This document shows, in pieces, positions 47,169 through 56,782 of a DNA stretch of 64,000 bases (position 1 is its first letter; the number at the start of each line of letters is the position of its first letter). The notes beneath the pieces are model-generated. The model was not told where the DNA came from. It saw only the letters and a list, made by a program, of their open reading frames with translations, and searched no databases. The DNA is from Puniceicoccaceae bacterium (GTDB taxonomy: Bacteria; Verrucomicrobiota; Verrucomicrobiia; Opitutales; Oceanipulchritudinaceae): contig JBFOMH010000007.1 in NCBI GenBank assembly GCA_040830765.1, positions 1-64,000 of the forward strand, in the 5' to 3' direction. The translations under genes and the position numbers were made by a program.

Positions 47169-49088
47169 ATGAATCACTTATCCTTCATGTCTGCCAACTT
47201 TGTCGCCCGGGAGCTGGGGTACAACATGCCGGAGGGCTGGTTGCAAGGAGATGCCGCTACCCAGGCCCACTTCTCGCCCCTGAATACATTTGAGGAGCGC
47301 TTTGATGCCCTGCTGGGCGAGATTGTCGACCTTGGATTCGAGGCGATCGATCTCTGGACGGGCCACCTCAACTGGAAGTGGGCCACGCCAGCTCATTTGG
47401 ATACCGCCAAAGGACTATTGGACAAGCATGGCCTGCGGGTGGTCAGCTACGCCGGTGGATTCGGTGAAACGCCTGCTGAGTTTGAGGCGGCCTGCCTTAT
47501 TTGCCGCAAACTGGGAATCCCCATCCTGGGAGGGGGCACAAGCCTTCTGGAAAGTGACCGCGATGCGGCGGTGGCCATCCTCCGCAAACACGGGGTGATC
47601 TTTGCTCTAGAGAACCATCCGGAGGCCAATGCGGAGGAAGTGCTGGCCAAGCTGGGTGATGGCGACGAGGACGTCATCGGGGTCGCTGTCGACACGGGCT
47701 GGTTCGCCACCCAGGAAGCCGATGTATTCAAGGAGTTGCAGGCTTTGGGGAACCGTATCCGGCATGTCCACCTGAAGGACGTGCTCGCCAAGCGAACTGA
47801 GAAGACCGGTTATTTTTTCAAGGATATGGGACATGAGACCTGCGAGCTGGGCAAGGGTATTGTCCCCGTCAAGGAGTGTATCCAATATCTGGTGACACAA
47901 GGTTACCGGGGAGCTATTGCCATCGAGCACGAACCGGAAGATTTCGATCCCCGGGATGACTGCCGGAAGTCACTGGAAAGCGTCAAGGGCTGGTTCGTGG
48001 AGGCCACCACCGCCATTACACCGAAGGATCCAGTGGGCGTGGCCATTGTCGGCTGTGGCAACATTGCCGACCGCTATGCGGCCCAGATCAACTCCTACCC
48101 GCACGTCAAGCTGCTGGGAACCCAGGACATCGATCGCTCCCGGGCGGAAAAGCTGGCTACCGATTTTAGTGGGAAGGTCTATGATTCGATTGAGGAGCTG
48201 CTCGCCGACGATGCAGTGGAGGTCGTCGTCAACCTGACCATCCACCATGTCCATGAAGCGATTATCCGCCAGTGCCTTGAGGCGGGAAAGCATGTCCACA
48301 CGGAAAAGCCCCTCGCCCTTAACAGCGAGGCGGCATGGGGCCTGGTTGAGCTGGCGGACCAGCTCGGCCTGCGGCTTAGCAGTGCCCCTACCACCTGGCT
48401 TGGGGAGGCCCAGCAGGCGGTCTGGCGGAAGATAAAGGAAGGCGCAATCGGCCAGCCCCGTATTGCCTATGCAGAGGTCAACTGGGGTCGTATTGAGTCG
48501 TGGCATCCCAACCCAGGACCGTTCTATGCTGTCGGTCCGGTATTTGATGTCGCAGTGTATCCCCTTACCCTGCTGACGGCGTTTTTCGGCCCGGTCAAGC
48601 GGGTCATTGCCGGCGGGGGGGTCCTCTATCCGGACCGCCTTACCAAGGAGGGCAAGCCGTTTACCGTCGAGTCACCAGACTGGACAGCTGCTGTGGTCGA
48701 GTTTGCCTCTGGCATGACGGCCCGGGTCACTGCCAGCTTTTACGTCACCGGGACCACAACCCAGTCCGGAATGGAGATTCACGGGGACAACGGGATGGTC
48801 CGCATGGACCGCTGGGATGTCTTTGAATCACCAGCTTACGTGGCCAGCAAGGAGACCGGCGACCAGACCTGGAAACTTGTGCCCGACAGTTATCCCGCTC
48901 CGGGAATTGAGTTTGCCCGCGGGCTTTCCGATCTCGCCCACGCCATCCGGGAAAATCGGCCCCACCTGACAACAGGGGCGCATGCCGCCCATGTTGTAGA
49001 AATTGCCGAGGCAATCCTCACCAGTATCCGGGAGTCACGCCCGGTCGAAGTCGACGCTACTCGTTTTCGGCCAGCTGAACTTGCTTGA
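47169..49088 (+). CDS. Fusion of a sugar-phosphate isomerase/epimerase (IolE/AP-endonuclease-like TIM barrel) and a Gfo/Idh/MocA oxidoreductase
   Basis: N-terminal half: LENH, VDTGW, HVHLKD, IEHE. C-terminal half: IVGCGNIA, GKHVHTEKP, GPVFDVAVY. Confidence 0.88.
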   Translation: MNHLSFMSANFVARELGYNMPEGWLQGDAATQAHFSPLNTFEERFDALLGEIVDLGFEAIDLWTGHLNWKWATPAHLDTAKGLLDKHGLRVVSYAGGFGETPAEFEAACLICRKLGIPILGGGTSLLESDRDAAVAILRKHGVIFALENHPEANAEEVLAKLGDGDEDVIGVAVDTGWFATQEADVFKELQALGNRIRHVHLKDVLAKRTEKTGYFFKDMGHETCELGKGIVPVKECIQYLVTQGYRGAIAIEHEPEDFDPRDDCRKSLESVKGWFVEATTAITPKDPVGVAIVGCGNIADRYAAQINSYPHVKLLGTQDIDRSRAEKLATDFSGKVYDSIEELLADDAVEVVVNLTIHHVHEAIIRQCLEAGKHVHTEKPLALNSEAAWGLVELADQLGLRLSSAPTTWLGEAQQAVWRKIKEGAIGQPRIAYAEVNWGRIESWHPNPGPFYAVGPVFDVAVYPLTLLTAFFGPVKRVIAGGGVLYPDRLTKEGKPFTVESPDWTAAVVEFASGMTARVTASFYVTGTTTQSGMEIHGDNGMVRMDRWDVFESPAYVASKETGDQTWKLVPDSYPAPGIEFARGLSDLAHAIRENRPHLTTGAHAAHVVEIAEAILTSIRESRPVEVDATRFRPAELA

Positions 49089-50043
49089 ACGGTCGCGAGG
49101 TTGCCTTGTCCGCTGTCGGAAAATCGTCCGGAATGGGCTGGGTCACTTTGCCAGTGGCCACCCATTCCACCCCGCGCAGGAGGGTTGTCTGGAAGCCCAC
49201 TCCCTCAAAGGAATAGTCCTCGTGGCCGAGGGTCGTATGGAAGATTCGGCCCTCGCCATACTCGAGGACCATCAGCATCGGCTCATGGCGGCCGGTTCCC
49301 TTCAGCTCAGGTGAAGAATAAGCGGAGGCAATGATGGTCATGTTCTCCGCCGGCCCACGCAGGCGGTCGTAGCACTCGTCCTGGGTATGCAGCCACTGCT
49401 TGGGCATGCCTTCCGTAATCGGATGCGGCTCCCGCAACATAATGAGGATTTCATGCTGTGGCCCGTGGCTGCCGCCACGGCCGGGAGAAACGTCCCGGAC
49501 CAATTCCCCGGCCTCGTTGTAATAGACATAGGGTCCGTCCTCCTCGTTGCGCCCACCCCAGCCACCAAGGCCGATCATGCGGTTGAATTCCTTCCAATCC
49601 GGCCAGGAGTTGTTGGCCGCATGGACGACAACAAATCCACCCCCGCCGGATACAAAAGCCTCCAATGCGGCCTGTGTTTCCTCCGGCCAGGGAGCAGCCT
49701 TCCAGCCAAAGTTGGAGATCACCACATCATAGTCATCGAAAGCCGGGAGATAGTGCGGATCCGTCTTGGGCTCGGGCATTGGGAAATACTCCAGGCCATC
49801 GCCCAGCGGGTACTGCTCCGACCACTTCTCACCCCGCCAGGTGAAACGGGTCCGCTGTATCTCCACAGTGAACTTCCCCGTCTCTTCCAAGTACTGCTTC
49901 ATCATCATCGTCGACTTCGGCCACACCGTGTGGTTGTTCTGCCCGTCGACAATGAGGACGCGGATGGGACCTGTCTCTGCATCACAAGCACTGAGTAGCA
50001 TCGTCAGGGGAAGGAAAATAAGAAACATGCTGAGTCGCGTCAT
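49057..50043 (-). CDS. ThuA-like (class I GATase-like fold) lipoprotein
   Basis: Lipobox LSAC after MTRLSMFL (start 50043); VLIVDGQNNH, GGGFVVVHAA, HPITEG, DECY, GRIFHTTLGH. Confidence 0.85.
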   Translation of the reverse strand: MTRLSMFLIFLPLTMLLSACDAETGPIRVLIVDGQNNHTVWPKSTMMMKQYLEETGKFTVEIQRTRFTWRGEKWSEQYPLGDGLEYFPMPEPKTDPHYLPAFDDYDVVISNFGWKAAPWPEETQAALEAFVSGGGGFVVVHAANNSWPDWKEFNRMIGLGGWGGRNEEDGPYVYYNEAGELVRDVSPGRGGSHGPQHEILIMLREPHPITEGMPKQWLHTQDECYDRLRGPAENMTIIASAYSSPELKGTGRHEPMLMVLEYGEGRIFHTTLGHEDYSFEGVGFQTTLLRGVEWVATGKVTQPIPDDFPTADKATSRPFKQVQLAENE

Positions 50044-50152
50044 GAAGTCTGACTTTAGACACCCGTCAGAATGAATCAATATCGGACTTGGAATTGTAAC
50101 GGGTCCATTTATTAACTTGCTCTTATACCGTTATGCTGTAATTTTATGCGTT

Positions 50153-50395
50153 ATGAAAAAGGTCTCGATAATGGAGGCTCAGCATAACCTCTCCAAGGTC
50201 CTGCAAAAGGTGGAGGAAGGTCAGGCCGTGTATGTCACCCGCCGCAAGAAAGTGGTGGCGAAAATTGTCCCCCCCACCAGCGAAGAGCCAGTGAAATTTC
50301 CGGACTTCGCAGGGCGCGCGCGTCGCACATGGGGTGGAAAGTGGTCCGGTACTGCCTCCTCCGATCTCCTTGATGAATCCCGGGGCAACCGATGA
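50153..50395 (+). CDS. vapB: Phd/YefM-family antitoxin
   Basis: MKKVSIMEAQHNLSKVLQKVEEGQAVYVTRRKKVVAKIVP; ATGA overlap with the PIN gene. Confidence 0.85.
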   Translation: MKKVSIMEAQHNLSKVLQKVEEGQAVYVTRRKKVVAKIVPPTSEEPVKFPDFAGRARRTWGGKWSGTASSDLLDESRGNR

Positions 50396-50832
50396 AGGCC
50401 TATTACGACACAGGTGTCATCCTGAAGCTATACACCACCGAGTCGGAATCCGCTGCCGTCAGGCGGTTCGTCAAGGCAAGGAAGGAGCCCCTTTACCTGA
50501 ATTCCCTCCACCGGACAGAGTGCGTCTCAGCCTTTCGGCTCAAGGCCTTTCGCGGGGAATGCGGCGAGGAGGCTTCCACAAATGCGATTGCTGACCTGGA
50601 GGATGATATTGCCAGTGGCATGATCCAGCTTGTCGGTATAGACTGGGACGCTGCCTGGAGCCTCAGTCGCGCAATGGCGGATGCCCATGCTGCAACAACC
50701 GGATGCCGGACCCTCGATACCCTGCACGTGGCCTGTGCCCGCTCGCTTGGCATTCGCGAGCTGATAAGCTCCGACAAAAGACAGAGGAAGCTGGCAAGGG
50801 CCATTGGCATGCGGGTCACCGAACCGCGCTAG
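50392..50832 (+). CDS. vapC: VapC-family PIN-domain toxin
   Basis: YYDTGVILK, conserved Glu, RTLDTLHVACA, SSDKRQ. Confidence 0.88.
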   Translation: MKAYYDTGVILKLYTTESESAAVRRFVKARKEPLYLNSLHRTECVSAFRLKAFRGECGEEASTNAIADLEDDIASGMIQLVGIDWDAAWSLSRAMADAHAATTGCRTLDTLHVACARSLGIRELISSDKRQRKLARAIGMRVTEPR

Positions 50833-50906
50833 GAGAACTTTACCATCACAGCGCAGACCCGGGTTGAAATTTTCCGGGTAAAGGAGCGGTCCGCTCGGGA
50901 GGAAAA

Positions 50907-52316
50907 TCACCCGTAAACTATCGGATCGAACTGCTTCTCGATCTGGAGACGAAAGTTGTCCACGGAATCAATGACATCCATAGCCTTCAACTGGTAGGCG
51001 GCATTGCCAATGATGGCGGCCTCTGTCGGGATGGCGCAGACCTGGCGGCCACTGCGTTCAGAGATGGCGCGGCAGAGATTGGTATTCTTGGCCCCTCCCC
51101 CGATGATGACGATACGCTTGAAGGACTTGCCGAGGGAACTCTCGAAATTGTTCATCGACTCGGCAATGCTCTGGGCAATCGATTCGGCGGCCAGCTTGAG
51201 GTAGCCAGGGAGCGTCTGCGGCTTGTCATACCCGAAGTCAGCCAGCTGCTTGTCGACCGCGACCTGCATGTCCTTCGGGTTGAAGAGGGCCTCGTCGGTA
51301 GTGTCGAGAACATAGTCCGGTCGCGGAATTTTCGCTACCGCTTCATCCAGCTGCATCCACTCCTCGGCGCTGGACGGCTTGGCCTGGAAGCTCTCGAGGA
51401 GCTTTTCCACCAGCCAGAGGCCGAGGAGGATTTTTGTTGGCCGGAAGGCACCGTTACCGCAACGTTCGTGGGAGATGCCCTGGGAGAGCCCCTTGTCGAC
51501 CGGGAAGGGCTTGTCGGAGAAGCAGCCTGCGAGGCACCATGTGCCGGTGCTGACAATGAAGTCGTCGTCCGTTACCCCAGGCGCGCCTTCAAAGGCACAG
51601 GAAGTGTCGTGCCCGGGAACGAGGGAGACCGCGAGTCCGGAAAGGCCGCGTTCGCCGGTGATGTTACCCAATCGCTTGCCTGCCGTTGCGGGACCGTAAA
51701 ACCATGATTCCGGGATGCCCAGTTCATCCATCAGGCCGTTGGCGAACGTGCACCCATCAAGGGCCAGCAACTGGGAGGTACTGGCGATGGATACCTCGTT
51801 CAGCATGGAGCCGCTGAGCAGGTAGTTGACATAATCCGGCAGCCACAGACACCGTTTGACGGCCTCCCGCAAGGAGGGCATCGCCTGCAGGGTCTCCATT
51901 AACTGGAAGGTCGTGTTGTAGACAACCACGGGAATCCCGGTATGTTCATACATGTGCCGCGCCTGCTCGGAATTCGGTTCCGGCAGGATCGGCCGTGTCC
52001 GTTCATCGCGGTAAGAATAAATCGGATGAGCCAGCCGGCCGTCCTCGAGGACCAGGGCACAATCAACGCCCCAAAAATCGACTCCGCAGGAGGCAAGGCT
52101 CTTTACCTCGCGTCGTGCGGCCTGCAATCCCTGGACAATTTCCCGGAATAGACTGCCCGGTTGCCAGTAGTAGTGGTTGCCCAGCTTTTCAAAGCCGTGG
52201 GAAAATCGATGGGTCTCGGTGAGGTCGAGACGGGAACCGTCCCAGCGGACAAGAAACACGCGCCCGCTGGTGGCGCCCATATCGACAGCGGCAACAGTGG
52301 TCGGTGTAGCTGTCAT
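50907..52316 (-). CDS. rhaB: Rhamnulokinase / L-fuculokinase (FGGY family)
   Basis: AVDMGATSGR, GVDFWGVD, YSYRDERT, GHDTSCA, STGTW, IIGGG. Confidence 0.85.
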   Translation of the reverse strand: MTATPTTVAAVDMGATSGRVFLVRWDGSRLDLTETHRFSHGFEKLGNHYYWQPGSLFREIVQGLQAARREVKSLASCGVDFWGVDCALVLEDGRLAHPIYSYRDERTRPILPEPNSEQARHMYEHTGIPVVVYNTTFQLMETLQAMPSLREAVKRCLWLPDYVNYLLSGSMLNEVSIASTSQLLALDGCTFANGLMDELGIPESWFYGPATAGKRLGNITGERGLSGLAVSLVPGHDTSCAFEGAPGVTDDDFIVSTGTWCLAGCFSDKPFPVDKGLSQGISHERCGNGAFRPTKILLGLWLVEKLLESFQAKPSSAEEWMQLDEAVAKIPRPDYVLDTTDEALFNPKDMQVAVDKQLADFGYDKPQTLPGYLKLAAESIAQSIAESMNNFESSLGKSFKRIVIIGGGAKNTNLCRAISERSGRQVCAIPTEAAIIGNAAYQLKAMDVIDSVDNFRLQIEKQFDPIVYG

Positions 52317-52322
52317 GGTGCC

Positions 52323-53318
52323 TTAGATTGAAAGGCCCAATTGACCAAACGCAACGCTGCGTTCCTCAACCAGCTCGGCATTGGAAGCGGCAATCTTCTC
52401 CTTGGCGTAGTCCGTCAGCTTGACACCTTCGACAACCCGCCAGTTGCCGACGGCATCCACTCGTATCGGCATGGAAGTAATGATGCCCTCGGGTGTTCCG
52501 TATTCACCTTTGGATATGACGCAGACGCTGTGGAAGCCACCCCGGGTGGGGTTGTTGAGATCGCGTACCGTGTCCACGACGGCATAGGCGGCGGAGGCGG
52601 CCGAGGAGGCCCCGCGGGCCTGGATAATCGCCGCGCCCCGCTTGCCGACAGTCGGGACAAAGGTTTCCTTGAGCCAGTCTTCGTCGGTGATGACCGCCGT
52701 GGCTGGCTGGCGGCCGATCTTGGCATTATAAAAATCCGGCCACATTGTCGGGCTGTGATTACCCCAGACGCAGAGCTCGGTCACTTCCTTGACGGGGACC
52801 CCGGCCTTCTGGGCCAGCTGTGTCTTGGCCCGGTTCTCGTCCAGTCGGGTCATGGCGAAGAATTGCTCATTAGGGATGTCCGGAGCGCTCTTCATGGCGA
52901 TGAGGCAATTGGTGTTGCAGGGATTGCCAACCACCAGGACCCGGCAACTGCTCTTGGCGTTGTCATTGATAGCCTTCCCCTGGCCGACAAAAATCTTCCC
53001 GTTGATGCCGAGCAGGTCGGCGCGCTCCATGCCCGCCTTGCGCGGCACAGAACCCACCAGCAGCGCCCAGTCGCAGTCCTTGAACCCGACATTGAGATCG
53101 GACGTCTGGACAATCTCCTCCAGCAGCGGAAAAGCACAATCGTCCAGTTCCATAGCCACACCCTTGAGGGCGTCGAGGGCCGGCTCGATCTCGATCAGGT
53201 TCAGGGCCACCGGTTGGTCCGGGCCGAACATTTGGCCGGAGGCAATCCGGAACAGGAGGGCATATCCAATGTTACCGGCAGCTCCGGTAACGGCGACGCG
53301 TATCGCTTCTTTTTTCAT
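52323..53318 (-). CDS. mdh: Malate dehydrogenase (cytosolic/MDH type 2 clade)
   Basis: [56 protein letters not shown]. Confidence 0.9.
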   Translation of the reverse strand: MKKEAIRVAVTGAAGNIGYALLFRIASGQMFGPDQPVALNLIEIEPALDALKGVAMELDDCAFPLLEEIVQTSDLNVGFKDCDWALLVGSVPRKAGMERADLLGINGKIFVGQGKAINDNAKSSCRVLVVGNPCNTNCLIAMKSAPDIPNEQFFAMTRLDENRAKTQLAQKAGVPVKEVTELCVWGNHSPTMWPDFYNAKIGRQPATAVITDEDWLKETFVPTVGKRGAAIIQARGASSAASAAYAVVDTVRDLNNPTRGGFHSVCVISKGEYGTPEGIITSMPIRVDAVGNWRVVEGVKLTDYAKEKIAASNAELVEERSVAFGQLGLSI

Positions 53319-53337
53319 CTCAGTTGCTTAATAATGG

Positions 53338-54429
53338 TTAGCGCTTCAATTCGTTCATGATCATGTCGGTGATCTGCTGGACAACAGCCTCGTCAACATC
53401 ACCTGCGGGAGCCGGTTCCGTGGAGCAGCTGCAGGTACCCGGCTGCGGGTTCGAGTGCACGGTATGCTCCCCGATGTCGCACAGCTCGCATTCCTTCAGC
53501 TCATCCAGGCGGTAGTCCGGCATGCCCAGCTTCTTGCGCAGCTCAATCAGCTCCTTCAGCTTGTCGGTGCCGTATTGCTTGGGTCCGCCAATTTGCATGG
53601 CCACGGTGACCGTCTGGCAGAAAGCGTCGGTATTTTCCATCTTCCAATAGGCATCCTCGACATCCTTGCCCCAGCAGATGACTCCGTGGTTCTGCATCAG
53701 GATGGACTGGTGCTTCTTGGCCAGCGCGCCGACTTCCCTCGCGTTCTCCGGCGTGCCGGGGGTCTGGTAGCTGGCGAGGCCGATTTCACCAAGGAAGACT
53801 TCCGGCTCTGGAATGAGGCAAGAGGGTGGCGTCACCCCGGCGACCGCGAAGGCTGTTGCATGGACCGGGTGGGCGTGGACACAGGACTTGGCCTTAGGCT
53901 CATTCTTCATGATGCCAAGGTGGGTGTTGACCTCGGAAGTCCGCGGCCGGGTTCCGGCAACCTGGTTGCCGTCGAGGTCCACCAGGCAAAGGTCGTCCGG
54001 GGTCATGAAACCCTTGGAAATCAGGGTCGGTGTGCAGAGAACGAGGTTGTCCCCTACCCGCACGGTGATGTTACCGCCGTTACCGTCGACGTACCCCTTG
54101 TCCCAGATACGCTTGCCGATGTGGCAGATGCGTTCCTTGAGGGCCTGGATTTCCGGGGAATAAAAGAACTTCTCCAGCTCGGCTGCCGTCTTGGGATCCC
54201 CACCGGGCTTCCAGTTGTACTCCGCATCCGGCAGCACCGGCGTGTGGATCTTCACCGAGGAACTGCTACCGCTCGACGCCTGCGGGGCTGCCGTTCCCGG
54301 CTTCACCTTGTGCTTGCGGAGGATATCCCGGGCCATCGGCGTGAACTTGGCATCCGCCGGAAGGGTCTTCAGGCAGGTGCCCTGGGCAATCATCTTTTCA
54401 AGATCTTTAGCTGTGTAGAATTTGCTCAT
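53338..54429 (-). CDS. BMC-associated class II aldolase (fuculose/rhamnulose-1-phosphate aldolase, PVM type)
   Basis: GNGGNIT, TSEVNTH, VHAHP, MQNHG; C-terminal encapsulation-peptide-like helix. Confidence 0.88.
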   Translation of the reverse strand: MSKFYTAKDLEKMIAQGTCLKTLPADAKFTPMARDILRKHKVKPGTAAPQASSGSSSSVKIHTPVLPDAEYNWKPGGDPKTAAELEKFFYSPEIQALKERICHIGKRIWDKGYVDGNGGNITVRVGDNLVLCTPTLISKGFMTPDDLCLVDLDGNQVAGTRPRTSEVNTHLGIMKNEPKAKSCVHAHPVHATAFAVAGVTPPSCLIPEPEVFLGEIGLASYQTPGTPENAREVGALAKKHQSILMQNHGVICWGKDVEDAYWKMENTDAFCQTVTVAMQIGGPKQYGTDKLKELIELRKKLGMPDYRLDELKECELCDIGEHTVHSNPQPGTCSCSTEPAPAGDVDEAVVQQITDMIMNELKR

Positions 54430-54438
54430 GTTTCAAAA

Positions 54439-54732
54439 TTACGGGGTTTGAAATTTGTAGGTATCCACCAGGGCCACGTTGATGGCGTCCAGCGGGATCG
54501 GAAAATCAAAGGGTTGGGTCGCTTCCGTGCCCTCCACATAAAGGATGACGTCGCCATCTCCAGCACCGAGGTTGTCATAGACAACGGGAGTCCAGCCATC
54601 GGCCACTCCGTCGGGATTCTTCCCGGACAACTCGTCCGGCCCCATCGGTGCCAGCACCAACCAGCGCGCCCCCTTGAACTGGGGAGCCGCATGACTCAGC
54701 GTGACCTTGCCTATGACGCGTCCGGGTTTCAT
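54439..54732 (-). CDS. BMC pentamer (EutN/CcmL family)
   Basis: MKPGRVIGKV...VYDNLGAGDGD...PLDAINVALVD; ATG start at 54732. Confidence 0.88.
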   Translation of the reverse strand: MKPGRVIGKVTLSHAAPQFKGARWLVLAPMGPDELSGKNPDGVADGWTPVVYDNLGAGDGDVILYVEGTEATQPFDFPIPLDAINVALVDTYKFQTP

Positions 54733-54733
54733 C

Positions 54734-54988
54734 TCAGTCAACTAATCCGAGGACCTGGTTGCGGATCGGTGAGTGGTCGTCATGCACCGTCCCCTGCGAC
54801 CATTGGCCATCCGTGGTGATAAAGACCCGCGTGTGTCGCCCGGCCCCAAAGGGATCAATGGCTGCAACCGGGTGGCCGGTCGCTTCGCCATTCTCGTCCA
54901 CGGGTGTGCAAAGGACAATCTTCTGTCCCTTCAGGCTCGGGTGAGCTACCGTGGCTGTGGCGTGGCCGTCTACGCGGGCGAGTATCAT
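54734..54988 (-). CDS. BMC pentamer (EutN/CcmL family)
   Basis: MILARVDG...HPSLKGQK...AIDPFGAG...VLGLVD. Confidence 0.88.
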   Translation of the reverse strand: MILARVDGHATATVAHPSLKGQKIVLCTPVDENGEATGHPVAAIDPFGAGRHTRVFITTDGQWSQGTVHDDHSPIRNQVLGLVD

Positions 54989-54997
54989 GCGGTTGGG

Positions 54998-56443
54998 TTA
55001 AATGATGTTCAGCTGGTCCACCAGGGTGCAGCGGCGGAAGCGGGTGAATGTCCGGGGCGTGGTAATGCCCTCGCCCGTGGTGGTGGCAATGGAAAAGCTG
55101 ATATAGCCTTCGCCGCCAAGTCCCAGTCCTGCCACGCAGGGACCGTTCTTGACGAACAAGGTGGTGTCCATCTCCCGGCCCATTGAGGTCATCCGGCTGA
55201 CGTTCATGGTGTGAATCATCGCCGAGTGCTTGTATCCATGTTCCGATACCTTGGCCATCTGAACCGCAGCATCAAAGTTTGGCGCGCGGACAATCGGCAG
55301 GAGCGGCATCATCTGTTCCTCGACAACGAAGAGGTCGTTCTCGTCCGTCTCGGCGATGAGCATTTCCGTCTTGGGATTGATATTCAATCCGGCAATGGCC
55401 GCCAGCTTGGAGGCATCCGCACCGACATAGGCCCGGTTCAGGACAGCGTGCGAGCAACCGCCCCCGCCATCCTTGATATCAAAGACTTCCTTCTTGATGG
55501 CTTCCAGTTGGGTCTTGTTGAGGAGGACCGCACCAGCCCGTTGCATGGAGTCGATGAGTGCCTTGTAGCAATCACCGGAGGCAAAGACCTGCTTCTCCCC
55601 AATGCAGAGAAGGTTGTTGTCGTAGCCGCCACCGAGGATGATGTCGCGGGCCACCTTGTTCATGTCCAGCGCCTTGCAGTCATCCACCACAACGGGCGGA
55701 TTGCCGGGGCCGGCGCAGATGGCGCGCTTGCCGGTTTTCATCGCCGCATCGACGACCGCCGGACCGCCGGTGATGCAGAGCAGGGCCACTTCGGGAGCGG
55801 CACACAGCTCGTTGAAGGAATCCAGGGTTGGCTTCTCGACGGTGCAAATCAGGTTGCTGATTCCGAGTTCCGCCTTGATGGCCTCGTTGAACTCATGCAC
55901 CGCCATCGCTGCGCAGGCCGCTCCGCCCGGGTGCGGGTTGATGACCACCGCGTTGCCGGCCGCCACCATGTTGACAACGTTACCGGCAATCGTCGGGACC
56001 GAATGGGTCACCGGGGTAATGGCGCCGATCACGCCCCAAGGGGCGGATTCGTCCATCGTGATGCCGGCGTCGCCACTCATGCCATGCGGGGCAAGGTATT
56101 CCGTCCCGAGGACATTGCGGATGCCCTGCAGCTTCTCGATCTTGTGATCAAGGCGGCCAATCTTTGTCTCTTCAAACTCGACCGTGCCCCAGCGAACCGC
56201 GTTGTCGGCACACATCTGCTTGACGATCTCCACCACCTTGGCTCTGCCGGCCCAGCCTTTTTGCTTCAGCTGCTCAAAGCCACCATGGGCTGCCTTTGCG
56301 GCCGATGCGGCGTCATCAAAGACGCCATGACGGCCCGGCTTGGATTGTATCGATGGTGTCACCACAGTCGCGTTGGCGGACTGCAGCTTGCCCAGCACTT
56401 CTGTAACAACGCTGCGGATGTCTGCTTCACTCAGCTGACTCAT
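54998..56443 (-). CDS. BMC CoA-acylating aldehyde dehydrogenase (EutE/PduP family)
   Basis: PWGVIGAITPVTH, TGGPAVV, AGPGNPP, DNNLLCIGEK, EQMMP, TTGEGIT; N-terminal encapsulation peptide. Confidence 0.92.
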   Translation of the reverse strand: MSQLSEADIRSVVTEVLGKLQSANATVVTPSIQSKPGRHGVFDDAASAAKAAHGGFEQLKQKGWAGRAKVVEIVKQMCADNAVRWGTVEFEETKIGRLDHKIEKLQGIRNVLGTEYLAPHGMSGDAGITMDESAPWGVIGAITPVTHSVPTIAGNVVNMVAAGNAVVINPHPGGAACAAMAVHEFNEAIKAELGISNLICTVEKPTLDSFNELCAAPEVALLCITGGPAVVDAAMKTGKRAICAGPGNPPVVVDDCKALDMNKVARDIILGGGYDNNLLCIGEKQVFASGDCYKALIDSMQRAGAVLLNKTQLEAIKKEVFDIKDGGGGCSHAVLNRAYVGADASKLAAIAGLNINPKTEMLIAETDENDLFVVEEQMMPLLPIVRAPNFDAAVQMAKVSEHGYKHSAMIHTMNVSRMTSMGREMDTTLFVKNGPCVAGLGLGGEGYISFSIATTTGEGITTPRTFTRFRRCTLVDQLNII

Positions 56444-56462
56444 TTTCGGCTACTCCTGTATC

Positions 56463-56777
56463 TTAACTGTTACTCGCCTCGTAGGTCTTCTTGCCCAGGA
56501 TGCTCACGTTGTCGACAATGCCGACAATGGCCGCGTCCACCGGGACGGACTTGAGCCCGTCGGCTTGGCGGGCCGAGCTGCCCTGGGCGAACATGACCAG
56601 TTCCCCCTCGCCTGCACCCAGTGTGTCAATCGCCACGATGGTGTTGCTACCGGGTTTGAATTGGCTCGGGTTGTCCGGGTCCGCCAGCATTGGACGGACC
56701 ATGAGGAGCTTGCGCCCCCGCATGCTGTCGTCCTTCTTCGTCGAGACGACGGAGCCTATGACTTTACCCAAGTACAT
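56463..56777 (-). CDS. eutN: BMC pentamer (EutN/CcmL family)
   Basis: MYLGKVIGSVVSTKKD, VAIDTLGAGEGE, GSSAR, PVDAAIVGIVD. Confidence 0.92.
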   Translation of the reverse strand: MYLGKVIGSVVSTKKDDSMRGRKLLMVRPMLADPDNPSQFKPGSNTIVAIDTLGAGEGELVMFAQGSSARQADGLKSVPVDAAIVGIVDNVSILGKKTYEASNS

Positions 56778-56782
56778 CGGTC

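Noticed and set aside
46938..47177. 79-aa minus-strand ORF with an internal repeat
   Set aside because: It is a translation of the palindromic repeat array.
53455..56554. 454-aa and 447-aa + strand ORFs within the BMC operon
   Set aside because: Antisense to clearly identified aldolase, pentamer and aldehyde dehydrogenase genes.
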